64,000 nucleotides of DNA from Macrostomum lignano (Eukaryota), in contig NIVC01002218.1 in NCBI GenBank assembly GCA_002269645.1, forward strand, positions 46,504 to 110,503, read 5' to 3'. Numbering within the stretch: the first letter of the stretch is position 1; each line of letters starts with the position of its first letter. Shown here one piece after another: positions 49,396-62,500 of this stretch. The notes beneath the pieces were generated by a model that worked only from the letters and a program-made list of their open reading frames with translations, did not search any database and was not told the DNA's origin. Made by a program: the position numbers and the translations under genes.

Positions 49396-50975
49396 CTGGG
49401 AATCCAGGATTGCTGCTGAAGCAGATCTGGGAATCCAGGATTGCTGCTGAAGCAGATCTGGGAATCCAGGATTGCTGCTGAAGCAGATCTGGGAATCCAG
49501 GATTGCTGCTGAAGCAGATCTGGGAATCCAGGATTGCTGCTGAAGCAGATCTGGGAATCCAGGATTGCTGCTGAAGCAGATCTGGGAATCCAGGATTACT
49601 GCTGAAGCAGATCTGGGAATCCAGGATTGCTCCTGACGCAGATCTGGGAATCCAGGATTGCTGCTGAAGCAGATCTGAGAATCCAGGAATTCTGCTGAAG
49701 CAGATCTGGGAATCCAGGATTACTGCTGAAGCAGATCTGGGAATCCAGGATTGCTGCTGAAGCAGATCTGGGAATCCAGGATTGCTGCTGAAGCAGATCT
49801 GGGAATCCAGGATTGCTGCTGAAGCAGATCTGGGAATCCAGGATTGCTGCTGAAGCAGATCTGGGAATCCAGGATTACTGCTGAAGCAGATCTGGGAATC
49901 CAGGATTGCTGCTGAAGCAGATCTGGGAATCCAGGATTGCTGCTGAAGCAGATCTGGGAATTCAGGATTGCTCCTGAAGCAGATCTGGGAATCCAGGATT
50001 GCTGCTGAAGCAGATCTGGGAATCCAGGATTGCTGCTGAAGCAGATCTGGGAATCCAGGATTGCCCCTGACGCAGATCTGGGAATCCAGGATTGCTCCTG
50101 AAGCAGATCTGGGAATCCAGGATTGCTGCTGAAGCAGATCTGGGAATACAGGATTGCTGCTGAAGCAGATCTGGGAATCCAGGATTGCTGCTGAAGCAGA
50201 TCTGGGAATCCAGGATTGCTCCTGAAGCAGATCTGGGAATCCAGGATTGCTTCTGAAGCAGATCTGGGAATCCAGGATTGCTGAAGCAGATCTGGGAATC
50301 CAGGATTGCTCCTGAAGCAGATCTGGGAATTCAGGATTGCTCCTGAAGCAGATCTGGGAATCCAGGATTGCTGCTGAAGCAGATCTGGGAATCTAGGATT
50401 GCTGCTGAAGCAGATCTGGGAATCTAGGATTGCTGCTGACGCAGATCTGGGAATCCAGGATTGCTGCTGAAGCAGATCTGGGAATCCAGGATTGCTCCTG
50501 AAGCAGATCTGGGAATCCAGGATTGCTGCTGAAGCAGATCTGGGAATCCAGGATTGCTGCTGACGCAGATCTGGGAATCCAGGATTGCTCCTGAAGCAGA
50601 TCTGGGAATTCAGGATTGCTCCTGAAGCAGATCTGGGAATCCAGGATTGCTGCTGACGCAGATCTGGGAATCCAGGATTGCTGCTGAAGCAGATCTGGGA
50701 ATCCAGGATTGCTGCTGAAGCAGATCTGGGAATCCAGGATTACTGCTGAAGCAGATCTGGGAATCCAGGATTGCTGCTGAAGCAGATCTGGGAATCCAGG
50801 ATTGCTGCTGAAGCAGATCTGGGAATTCAGGATTGCTCCTGAAGCAGATCTGGGAATCCAGGATTGCTCCTGAAGCAGATCTGGGAATCCAGGATTACTG
50901 CTGAAGCAGATCTGGGAATCCAGGATTGCTGCTGAAGCAGATCTGGGAATCCAGGATTGCTGCTGAAGCAGATCT
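49396..50975 (+). repeat. 31-bp minisatellite
   Basis: Unit GGGAATCCAGGATTGCTGCTGAAGCAGATCT. Confidence 0.97.
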
Positions 50976-51589
50976 AAGGCTTTTTCTGAGCTCTGATGAA
51001 GATTCGATGAATATTTTCCCCCGCTTCAAAACCGCGCCTTTTTGTCTATGGTTTTTTTCAATACTTTTCCAACCGATGTTCTCATCGCAACTGAAAGTCT
51101 ATCGCGAGACTTCAAAGCATTACCAATCTAATCTAATCGCTTTTTAATTGCATTCGTGCAAAGCACGCCCCAACTGCAGAAATATATACAAACACAACTG
51201 ACAGCGTTGTTTCATTAATAATTTGTTAATTCGCGTTAAAATTGCATTTTTCCGGTGTCCGCCGCGAGCAACTCGGACCCTAAGAATTTGCACCAATTAA
51301 CTTTTCACCCAGCAATCCCCTGGGATAAAAAGTTGGCATATGGGAAGAATATGGCTACTGCCAGCGAGAACAGCTTGGCGCATTTAATAACTTGAGCATT
51401 TCTGACAACTGTCAGTCCAAGGATGCTGGTCTGCTGGATTGATAGCAGAATTTCGTAGAGATAAGTCTAGTATAAATATAGAAAGGTGACCTTTTGTGTT
51501 CCCTGAGAGGGATTTCTGTCTGGTGCCTCTGTTTATCCTCATTCATAACTCCCCTCTCCTGCCTCACCGTCTCTGAAGTTTAGCGCGCT

Positions 51590-52415
51590 GTGTAATCCAG
51601 ATCTAATCATCTCTCACTCTGTGTAATACAGATCTAATCATATCTCACTCTGTATATTCCAGATCTAATCATCTCTCACTCTGTGTAATCCAGATCTAAT
51701 CATCTCTCACTCTGTATATTCCAGATCTAATCATCTCTCACTCTGTGTAATACAGATCTAATCATATCTCACTCTGTATATTCCAGATCTAATCATCTCT
51801 CACTCTGTGGAATCCAGATCTAATCATCTCTCACTCTGTGTAATCCAGATCTAATCATCTCTCACTCTGTATATTCCAGATCTAATCATCTCTCACTCTG
51901 TGTAATCCAGATCTAATCATCTCTCACTCTGTGTAATCCAGATCTAATCATCTCTCACTCTGTGTAATCCAGATCTAATCATCTCTCACTCTGTGTAATA
52001 CAGATCTAATCATATCTCACTCTGTATATTCCAGATCTAATCATCTCTCACTCTGTGTAATACAGATCTAATCATATCTCACTCTGTATATTCCAGATCT
52101 AATCATCTCTCACTCTGTGTAATACAGATCTAATCATATCTCACTCTGTATATTCCAGATCTAATCATCTCTCACTCTGTGTAATACAGATCTAATCATA
52201 TCTCACTCTGTATATTCCAGATCTAATCATCTCTCACTCTGTGTAATCCAGATCTAATCATCTCTCACTCTGTGTAATCCAGATCTAATCATCTCTCACT
52301 CTGTGTAATCCAGATCTAATCATCTCTCACTCTGTGTAATCCAGATCTAATCATCTCTCACTCTGTGTAATCCAGATCTAATCATCTCTCACTTTGTGTA
52401 ATCCAGATCTAATCA
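51590..52415 (+). repeat. 31-bp minisatellite
   Basis: Unit CCAGATCTAATCATCTCTCACTCTGTGTAAT with variants. Confidence 0.97.
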
Positions 52416-52902
52416 ACTTCAGTCTGGTTTCAAGGATTCCGTGTATATTTGATCTTCTATAGCCATCAAGCTGACAGGTAATCATCTCTTTAAGGATTCT
52501 GGTCCGTCCTTCATCTGTATGGACTTCGCCATCTTAAAGTGGGGTGTTCGCTGCGAACCTCGGGCAGTTGAGCCCATGAGCGGCTGCTGCGTTAATGAAA
52601 ATGCAAATTATTTTTTCTGGATTACCGAGTGCAGACTCAAGGAATTGAAGTTGTTTTCTTGAGTCACTCCATATCATTCTCATCTGGGCTGTCCTCAGCT
52701 TCCTTTGCTCCTCATCCGGGCAATGCCTGAGTTTAAAGTAAAAATTCCAATACATGATGTGCGCTCATTCAACAATAAAAACAAATATTTACAATCTCAT
52801 TTTTAACTGAAACTGCGGTGAAAAGTGTAAACAAGTAAAAAATGACTTGTAGAAACTTTTGTGTGCAGGGCCAGTTTAAAACTTTTAACTCTTTTCATTG
52901 GG

Positions 52903-53510
52903 TCTACCTGTCTCTTCTCTATGTCCACCTGTCTCTTCTCTATGTCCACCTGTCTCTTCTCTATGTCCACCTGTCTCTTCTCTATGTCCACCTGTCTCTT
53001 CTCTATGTCCACCTGTCTCTTCTCTATGTCCACCTGTCTCTTCTCTATGTCCACCTGTCTCTTCTCTATGTCTGCCTGTCTCTTCTCTATGTCCACCTGT
53101 CTCTTCTCTATGTCTGCCTGTCTCTTCTCTATGTCTGCCTGTCTCTTCTCTATGTCCACCTGTCTCTTCTCTATGTCTGCCTGTCTCTTCTCTATGTCTG
53201 CCTGTCTCTTCTCTATGTCCACCTGTCTCTTCCCTATTTCTGCCTGTCTCTTCTCTATGTCTACCTGTCTCTTCTCTATGTTTGCCTGTCTCTTCTCTAT
53301 GTTTGCCTGTCTCTTCTCTATGTCTACCTGTCTCTTCTCTATGTTTGCCTGTCTCTTCTCTATGTCTACCTGTCTCTTCTCTATGTTTGCCTGTCTCTTC
53401 TCTATGTTTGCCTGTCTCTTCTCTATGTCTACCTGTCTCTTCTCTATGTTTGCCTGTCTCTTCTCTATGTCTGCCTGTCTCTTCTCTATGTCTACCTGTC
53501 TCTTCTCACC
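52903..53510 (+). repeat. 21-bp minisatellite just 3' of the EF-hand gene stop codon
   Basis: Unit ACCTGTCTCTTCTCTATGTCC with variants. Confidence 0.97.
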
Positions 53511-53546
53511 CATGTGTACCTATCTCTTCCTATCTAATAAGCAACT

Positions 53547-56500
53547 TCAAGACTTTTTAGCAAACAAGTCCAACAATCGTTCAACAAGCTTGAAATAATT
53601 GATCATAGTGGTCTCGGGCTCGAATCCCAGCTCTCGCAGGGCCAGGTTCAGCTGGCGGTGGTTAGTTTGACAGCCCAGAATCTGATGCAGTGCGAGTTTG
53701 AAGCGCTGCCGGCTCACGTGGTTCCTTCTGTCTGGGTCGCTTCGCCTGCAGTACTGAATCAGCTGTCTCCAGTCCCGCGCGAGCTGCAGGATAATTCACG
53801 ATTCACTGATTGACAGGTCTCAGAGGATCGCTACGTGTAATTAAGAGAGCCTCACCTTGTCTTTGTCAACCGCTGCCTCGACAAACAGGGACGACTTGAA
53901 GTTGAAATAGGCGAGGAATTTCAGATAGTCAAATCTGCGACTCCCGCTGCAGTGGGGGCAGAAGGGGGACGAATGTGATGGGATCTAGACAGGCATCTAG
54001 ACCTCAATCTAGACAGTAAATGCGGATCTAGACAGGCATCTAGACTTCAATCTAGACAGTAAATGCGGATCTAGACAGGCATCTAGACTTCAATCTAGAC
54101 AGTAAATGCGGATCTAGACAGGCATCTAGACTTCAATCTAGACAGTAAATGTTGATCTAGACAGGCATCTAGACCTCAATCTAGACAGTAAATGCGGATC
54201 TAGACAGGCATCTAGACCTCAATCTAGACAGTAAATGCGGATCTAGACAGGCATCTAGACTTCAATCTAGACAGTAAATGTTGATCTAGACAGGCATCTA
54301 GACTTCAATCTAGACAGTAAATGTTGATCTAGACAGGCATCTAGACCTCAATCTAGACAGTAAATGTTGATCTAGACAGGCATCTAGACCTCAATCTAGA
54401 CAGTAAATGCGGATCTAGACAGGCATCTAGACCTCAATCTAGACAGTAAATGTTGATCTAGACAGGCATCTAGACCTCAATCTAGACAGTAAATGCGGAT
54501 CTAGACAGGCATCTAGACTTCAATCTAGACAGCAAATGCGGATCTAGACAGGCATCTAGACCTCAATCTAAATAGCAAATGCGGATCTAGACAGGCATCT
54601 AGACTTCAATCTAGACAGTAAATGCTAATGCTCAACTATGAGATGTGTTCAGACATTTTCCGGACCCCAATCTAGACGCACCTGTCGCCCTGGCCATGAG
54701 TCAGGAACCGGTCGCAGAGCAGTCTCAGCTCCGGTTGCGATGCTGGCAGACCGACCGACGCGGCCAGTAGCTGAAAATAAAAGTACAATAAAGTTACTGT
54801 CACTAAGACCCAGCGGATATGCGACTTTGGGGTCAAATCTTAGATGTTCACTGGAAGTACGTACTGGAGTAAGGATGTGATAAGAAAAAATATGCTTACT
54901 TGTGTACTAACCTATTCCTAACCCTAGTCACGAAAATCCCAACCCTAAAACGTCAGCTTTAAACCTGAAATATCAAATTTAAACACCAACCCCCAAAAAC
55001 CAACCCTCAAACACCAAACCCCAACCCCCAACCCCCAAACACCAACCCCAACCCCCAAACACCAACCCCCAACCCCAACCCCCAACCCCCAAACACCAAC
55101 CACAAAACACCAAGCGCCAAACATCAACCCCCAAACACCAACCACAAAACACCAAGCGCCAAACATCAACCCCCAAACACCAACCACAAAACACCAAGCG
55201 CCAAACATCAACCCCCAAACACCAACCCACATATTCTGTGCACCAACCCCCAAACACCAACCCCCAACCACCAAACCCCCAAACACCAACCCCAACCCCC
55301 AACCACCAAACACCAACCCCCAACCCCCAACCACCAAACACCAACCCCCAACCCCAACCACCAAACACCAACCCCCAACCCCCAAACACCAAGCGCCAAA
55401 CATCAACCCCAAACACCAAGCGCCAAACACCAACCACAAAACACCAAGCGCCAAACATCAACCCCAGACACCAACCCCCAAACACCAACCCCCAACCACC
55501 AAACCCCCAAACACCAAACCCCCAAACAACAACCCCCGACCCCCAGAAAGCACCGCCAAAATAAAGGACGCTCTCTACTTTTGGACGCCAAAGTATTTTT
55601 AGGTGAAATACGAGCTAATTAGCTATAGTGCCCCTTCGGCTGCTTCAGATGCTCTTTAGTCTTTCGGGCGGAGAGTGATGCGATAATTGCTTCGAAATTT
55701 TCACTCTCCGGGACGTCTCGGATGCCGGCGGTTCCACTTCGCTAATCCCATATTTATCCGTAATTATAACTGGAGACGGCCTTTATCCAGGCAGCAATTA
55801 TTGTAAAAGCTGCTGCTGCTTGTAAAAGATGAGGTGAAACACGAAATGTTAAGCAAAATTATTCCAATGATCCCAGATTAATGACTGGAAATCTAAATAA
55901 AATTAGAGAAACACTCTAAATAAATTATTCTCAAGGCCTGGTTGTTCTGGAGCGGTTTTAAACTCGACATTTATAAAGCTTCACTGATCCAACTGAAGCT
56001 TCACTGATCCAACTGAAGCTTCACTGATCCAACTGAAGCTTCACTGATCCAACTGAAGCTTCACTGATCCAACTGAAGCTTCACTGATCCAACTGAAGCT
56101 TCACTGATCCAACTGAAGCTTCACTGATCCAACTGAAGCTTCACTGATCCAACTGAAGCTTCACTGATCCAACTGAAGCTTCACTGATCCAACTGAAGCT
56201 TCACTGATCCAACTGAAGCTGAAGTCACTGATCCAACTGAAGCTGAAGTCACTGATCCAACTGAAGCTTCACTGATCCAACTGAAGCTTCACTGATCCAA
56301 CTGAAGCTGAAGTCACTGATCCAACTGAAGCTGAAGTCACTGATCCAACTGAAGCTGAAGTCACTGATCCAACTGAAGCTGAAGTCACTGATCCAACTGA
56401 AGCTGAAGTCACTGATCCAACTGAAGCTGAAGTCACTGATCCAACTGAAGCTCCATTGCCTTTCCTGACGCTCCTTCCATACCCACAAAGCAATCAATAT

Positions 56501-59500
56501 CAGCCCACACGAACCAGAAAGCAGTCCTGGTGCACACGACCAGATCCCTGCGGGTCGAAGGACGCGAACTCCTGTCTAAGTCGGTCCAGGTTCGACTGCA
56601 CTTTGTCGCGACACCGCCGAAGGACGGCCTCGACGCTTGGCCCCGGAGGCGGCTCGAAGGTCGCGGCTGCCCCGCATCCGGACTGCCTCATCGGCTGCTG
56701 GCCGCTGCGAGGTTTCAAACTCATCCGGTTTTGCTGCTTTGGGCGCTTCTGAGACTCCGAGTGGTGGAGCAGCGAGGACCTGAGGCTGAGTTCTGAGCGG
56801 TGTAGGCGATTAATAAGAAGCTACATTACCTCACCTGAAGCTACATTACCTCACCTGAAGCTACATTACCTCACCTGAAGCTACATTACCTCACCTGAAG
56901 CTACATTACCTCACCTGAAGCTACATTACCTCACCTGAAGCTACATTATCTCACCTGAAGCTACATTACCTCACCTGAAGCTACATTACCTCACCTGAAG
57001 CTACATTACCTCACCTGAAGCTACATTACCTCACCTGAAGCTACATTACCTCACCTGAAGCTACATTACCTCACCTGAAGCTACATTACCTCACCTGAAG
57101 CTACATTACCTCACCTGAAGCTACATTACCTCACCTGAAGCTACATTACCTCACCTGAAGCTACATTACCTCACCTGAAGCTACATTACCTCACCTGAAG
57201 CTACATTACCTCACCTGAAGCTACATTACCTCACCTGAAGCTACATTACCTCACCTGAAGCTACATTACCTCACCTGAAGCTACATTACCTCACCTGAAG
57301 CTACATTACCTCACCTGAAGCTACATTACCTCACCTGAAGCTACATTACACCATCTGAAGCTACATTACACCATCTAAAGCTTCATTACACCATCTGAAG
57401 CTACATTACCTCACCTGAAGCTACATTACACCACCTGAAGCTACATTACATCATGAGAAGTTACATTTTTTTCTGAAGTCACTTCATCTTACTGGAAGAT
57501 AATGCCATCACGCAAGCAGATTGTCACCAAAAAACACCCAGAAGAGATCATTTCTCACTGTCAGCTTTTCCCAGAGTCCAGAGCCGCGCGAACACCTCAC
57601 GAAAGGGGATTGCCGAGCAGCCATCGGTCAGACTCAACCAGATTCCCTCAGCCTCCTCGGGGCTGACTTTTGCATTGATTCTGTCGGGTGTTTGGCAGTG
57701 CAAATATTCTTTAGCAAAGCAGACAGATAGAAATTCACAGGCAAAAATCTCTCTCGCAGGTGCAATTCTGAGCAGGTGAGATTAGCAGTTTCCTAGCAAG
57801 ATGACACAGCAAGTGCAATGATAGGGTCATCGAGCAGGCGGGATGACTTCCTTAATGAGCCAGCGTCCCGTGGGAAAAAATCCAGAATCCTGCTTCATCG
57901 GCGCTTCAAAGCAATTCAAAAACAATGCAGATTCTCAAGCCAGGTGGAAATTTCTGAAATTCTGGAATTTACCCGAGAGAAAAGACTGCGTGGGGGAAAT
58001 TTATTGCATCCAGCTGCAAGGACTCAAACAGAGAAAGGATTGGGGAATTTTCCTCAATAAACGAAGAGCTCAAGCCATTCAGCACAGAGACATGAAACAC
58101 GAGGCCGCCCTGTTCGGTTGTGGGATTGTTCGCTTTTCTGGGTACCGCTGCTCTTGAAGCTGCCTTTGAAGTTCCACAGACACAGAAAAGCCACAGCCAC
58201 AGACAGCCACAGAACAGCCACAGCCACAGCCACAGAACAGCCACAGCCACAGCCACAGAACAGCCACAGCCACAGAACAGCCACAGAACAGCCACAGTCA
58301 CAGAACAGCCACAGAACAGTCACAGCCACAGCCACAGAACAGCCACAGCCACAGAACAGCCACAGAACAGCCACAGCCACAGACAGCCACAGAACAGCCA
58401 CATCCACAGCCACAGAACAGCCACAGCCACAGAACAGCCACAGTCACAGAACAGCCACAGCCACAGAACAGCCACAGCCACAGAACAGCCACAGACACAG
58501 AGACAGACACAGCCACAGAACAGCCACAGCCACAGAACAGCCACAGACACAGAACAGCCACGGCCACAGAACAGCCACAGACACAGAGACAGACACAGCC
58601 ACAGAACAGCCACAGCCACAGAACAGCCACAGACACAGCTACAGACACAGCCACAGACACAGCCACAGACACAGCCACAGACACAGCCACAGACACAGCC
58701 ACAGACACAGCCACAGACACAGCCACAGACAGCCACAGTCACAGAACAGCCACAGCCACAGAACAGCCACAGCCACAGAACAGCCACAGCCACAGAACAG
58801 CCACAGACACAGAGACAGACACAGCCACAGACACAGCCACAGACACAGCCACAGACACAGCCACAGACACAGCCACAGACACAGAGACAGATACAGCCAC
58901 AGAACAGCCACAGAACAGCCACAGACACAGACACAGACACAGCCACAGACACAGACACAGAAAAGCCACCGCCACAGACAGCCACAGAACAGCCACAGCC
59001 ACAGAAAAGCCACAGCCACAGACAGACACAGCCATAGCCACAGTCACAGCAACAGAACAGCCACAGACACAGCCACAGACACAGCCACAGAACAGCCACA
59101 GCCACAGCCACAGACACAGCCACAGAACAGCCACAGACTCAAACTGCCAACCTCATCAGCAGAGCCTGAAATGCCTGCCAGTCGACTCGGCCGCCCTTCC
59201 CGCCGCTGAAGGCCGCCTCGGTCTTCACCAGCTTGTCCACCTGGTGCAGGTGGCGGCTCAGCGAGTCGCAAATCGGCCGGCAAATCTCGGCCAGGTGCCG
59301 AGGCTGCACCTCGCGCCGAGCTGTCCCTTGCCTGGACCACTGCGTGCCCGCTTCCGCTGTGCTCACGTGCTCGATGGCCGCTGCGGCGTCTTCGACAGGC
59401 GCGTCAGCGATGACTTCCAAAGGAGCTGCTGACTGGCGCCTGCGGAGAGGCAGGAGGGAGAGGAAGATGAAGAAGAGGTAAAGTGAGGAGAGGGAAGACG

Positions 59501-62500
59501 GTCGCTTGTAGGAGGGAGAAAAGAGAAACAAGGGGAAGAGAGGGAAGAGGGAGAGGGGAGAGGGAGAGGGGAGAGTGAGAGGGAGAGAGAGAGAGTGAGA
59601 GGGGAGAGAGAGGAGAGTGAGAGGGGAGAGGGGAGAGTGAGAGGGGAGAGAGAGGAGAGTGAGAGGGGAAAGAGAGGAGGGAGGGAGAGGGGGGGGGAGG
59701 CACAGGGAGGAGAGGAAATGAAACCTTTTACGTTTTAATATTTCTAAGAAAAACTATTGTCTAGCACAATGAGACAACTATACTGATAAGAAAATTATTG
59801 AAATGGAGATTCAGATAAATACGTAGTAAATTTCTCGGAGCCCGTGAATGAGGACTGAGCTTCCTCCCCAACTCACAAACAAGCAGCAGAAGATTAAATG
59901 GCTTGACTTGGCCCATCAGTCTTATTCTGCTGTCATTCGGATAGCCAAAGCCAACTCTATACAGCCAAATGATGCTAAGTCGTATAAAGAATCCGCCTTA
60001 CCTGTCAGAATAAAGCCTATAAATATAACGTGACAGCCGTAATCTGCTCAGTCTGTTCAGTCTGTTCAGTCAGTACAGACTGAACTCGTGACCAAAGCAT
60101 GCGAATACAGCCTTGAAAGTCATAAATCATATTCTTAGTTTTTTGTAAAATTCAGTGGATCTTATATACTGTTCTATATGGCTTTCTTTAGTTTACTTCA
60201 GGATTTTGTTAGAAGTTCGTGACGGAATCTGTGACGGAGTCTGAGTGACGGAATCTGAGTGACGGAGTCTGAGTGACGGAATTTGAGTGATGGAGTCTGA
60301 GTGACAGAATCTCAGTGATCGAGCCTGAGTGATGAGTCTGAGTGATGGAGTCTGAGTGATGGAGTCTGAGTGACAGAATCTCAGTGATCGAGCCTGAGTG
60401 ATGAGTCTGAGTGATGGAGTCTGAGTGATGGAGTTTGAGTGACAGAATCTGAGTGACAGAATCTGAGTGACAGAATCTGAGTGATGGAGTCTGAGTGACA
60501 GAAACGGAGTGACGGAGTCTGAGTGACAGAAACTGAGTGACAAAGTCTGAGTGACAGAGTCTGAGTGATGGAGTCTGAGTGATGGAGTCTGAGTGACAAA
60601 GTCTGAGTGACAGAGTCTGAGTGACAGAGTCTGAGTGATGGAGTTTGAGTGACAAAGTCTGAGTGACAGAGTCTGAGTGATGAAGTCTGAGTGACAAAGT
60701 CTGAGTGACAGAGTCTGAGTGATGGAGTCTGAGTGATGGAGTCTGAGTGATGGAGTCTAAGTGATGGAGTCTGAGTGACAGAACCTGAGTAACAGAATCT
60801 GAGTGACAGAATCTGAGTGATGGAGTCTGAGTGACAGAAACGGAGTGACGGAGTCTGAGTGACAGAAACTGAGTGACAAAGTCTGAGTAACAGAGTCTGA
60901 GTGACAGAGTCTGAGTGACGGAGTCTGAGTGACGGAGACCAGTTTGCTCACCCCAAGCTCTTACCTGCAGTGGAAGAGCTGCAGGAACGTCTCGTAGTTC
61001 ACGCCGGCTCCCCGACTTGCCGCAAAATCCTTCGCCAGTTTCTCCAGTCGATCCGAAAATTCTGACGAACTTCTGCTGGGCAAAAACTTTGACAAAATTT
61101 GGCAATAAGTTTCTGCCGGAACGAGACCGGAACGTTGTGGATCTTCCAGCCTAGGCAGTCGGGTGGAATGCAAAGTTAGCAAGTGGCTATTCAGCAGTCA
61201 TGCCAATTGGTGAGTGATAGGGGAGACAGGGAGAGAGTGAGGGGGGACACAGGGAGAGAGTGAGGGGGGAGACAGAGAGAGAGTGAGGAGAGAGAAAGGG
61301 AGAGAGTGAGGGGAGAGACAGGAGAGAGAGTGAGGGGAGAGACTGGAGAGAGAGTGAGGGGAGAGACAGGGAGAGAGTGAGGGGAGAGACAGGAGAGAGA
61401 GTGAGGGGAGAGACTGGAGAGAGATTGAGGGGAGAGACAGGGAGAGAGTGAGGGGAGAGACTGGAGAGAGAGTGAGGGGAGAGACAGGGAGAGAGTGAGG
61501 GGAGGGACAGGGAGAGAGTGAGGAGAGACAGGGAGAGAGTGAGGGGAGAGACTGGAGAGAGAGTGAGGGGAGAGACAGGGAGAGAGGGAGGGGAGAGACA
61601 GGAGAGAGAGTGAGGGGAGAGACAGGGAGAGAGTGAGGGGAGAGACTGGAGAGAGAGTGAGGGGAGAGACAGGGAGAGAGTGAGGGGAGAGACTGGAGAG
61701 AGAGTGAGGGGAGAGACAGGGAGAGAGTGAGGGGAGGGACAGGGAGAGAGTGAGGAGAGACAGGGAGAGAGTGAGGGGAGAGACAGGGAGAGAGTGAGGA
61801 GAGACAGGGAGAGAGTGAGGGGAGAGACAGGAGAGAGAGTGAGGGGAGAGACCGGGAGAGAGTGAGGGGAGAGACTGGAGAGAGAGTGAGGGGAGACAGG
61901 AGAGAGAGTGAGGGGAGGGACAGGGAGAGAGTGAGGAGAGACTGGAGAGAGAGTGAGGGGAGAGACGGGGAGAGAGTGAGGGAAGAGACAGGGAGAGAGT
62001 GAGGGAAGAGACAGGGAGAGAGTGAGGGGAGAGACAGGGAGAGAGTGAGGGGAGAGACTGGAGAGAGAGTGAGGGGAGAGACAGGGAGAGAGTGAGGGAG
62101 GGATAGGGAGAGAGTGAGGAGAGACAGGGAGAGAGTGAGGGGAGAGACTGGAGAGAGAGTGAGGGGAAGACTGGAGAGAGAGTGAGGGAGAGACAGGGAG
62201 AGAGTGAGGGGAGAGACAGGGAGAGAGTGAGAAGAGGGACAGGGAGAGAGTGAGGGGAGAGACTGGAGAGAGAGTGAGGGAGAGACAGGGAGAGAGTGAG
62301 GGGAGGGATAGGGAGAGAGTGAGGAGAGACAGGGAGAGAGTGAGGGAGAGACTGGAGAGAGAGTGAGGGGAGAGACTGGAGAGAGAGTGAGGGGAGAGAC
62401 GGAGAGAGTGAGGGGAGAGACAGGGAGAGAGTGAGAAGAGGGACAGGGAGAGAGTGAGGAGAGACAGGGAGAGAGTGAGGGGAGAGACAGGGAGAGAGTG

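Noticed and set aside
51340-52760. Short open stretches that might be exons of another minus-strand gene
   Set aside because: No recognisable domain and no phase-consistent exon chain could be built.
53605-53635. GGGCTCGAATCCC resembling a tRNA B-box
   Set aside because: It lies within the last coding exon of the EF-hand gene on the minus strand, with no A-box or cloverleaf.
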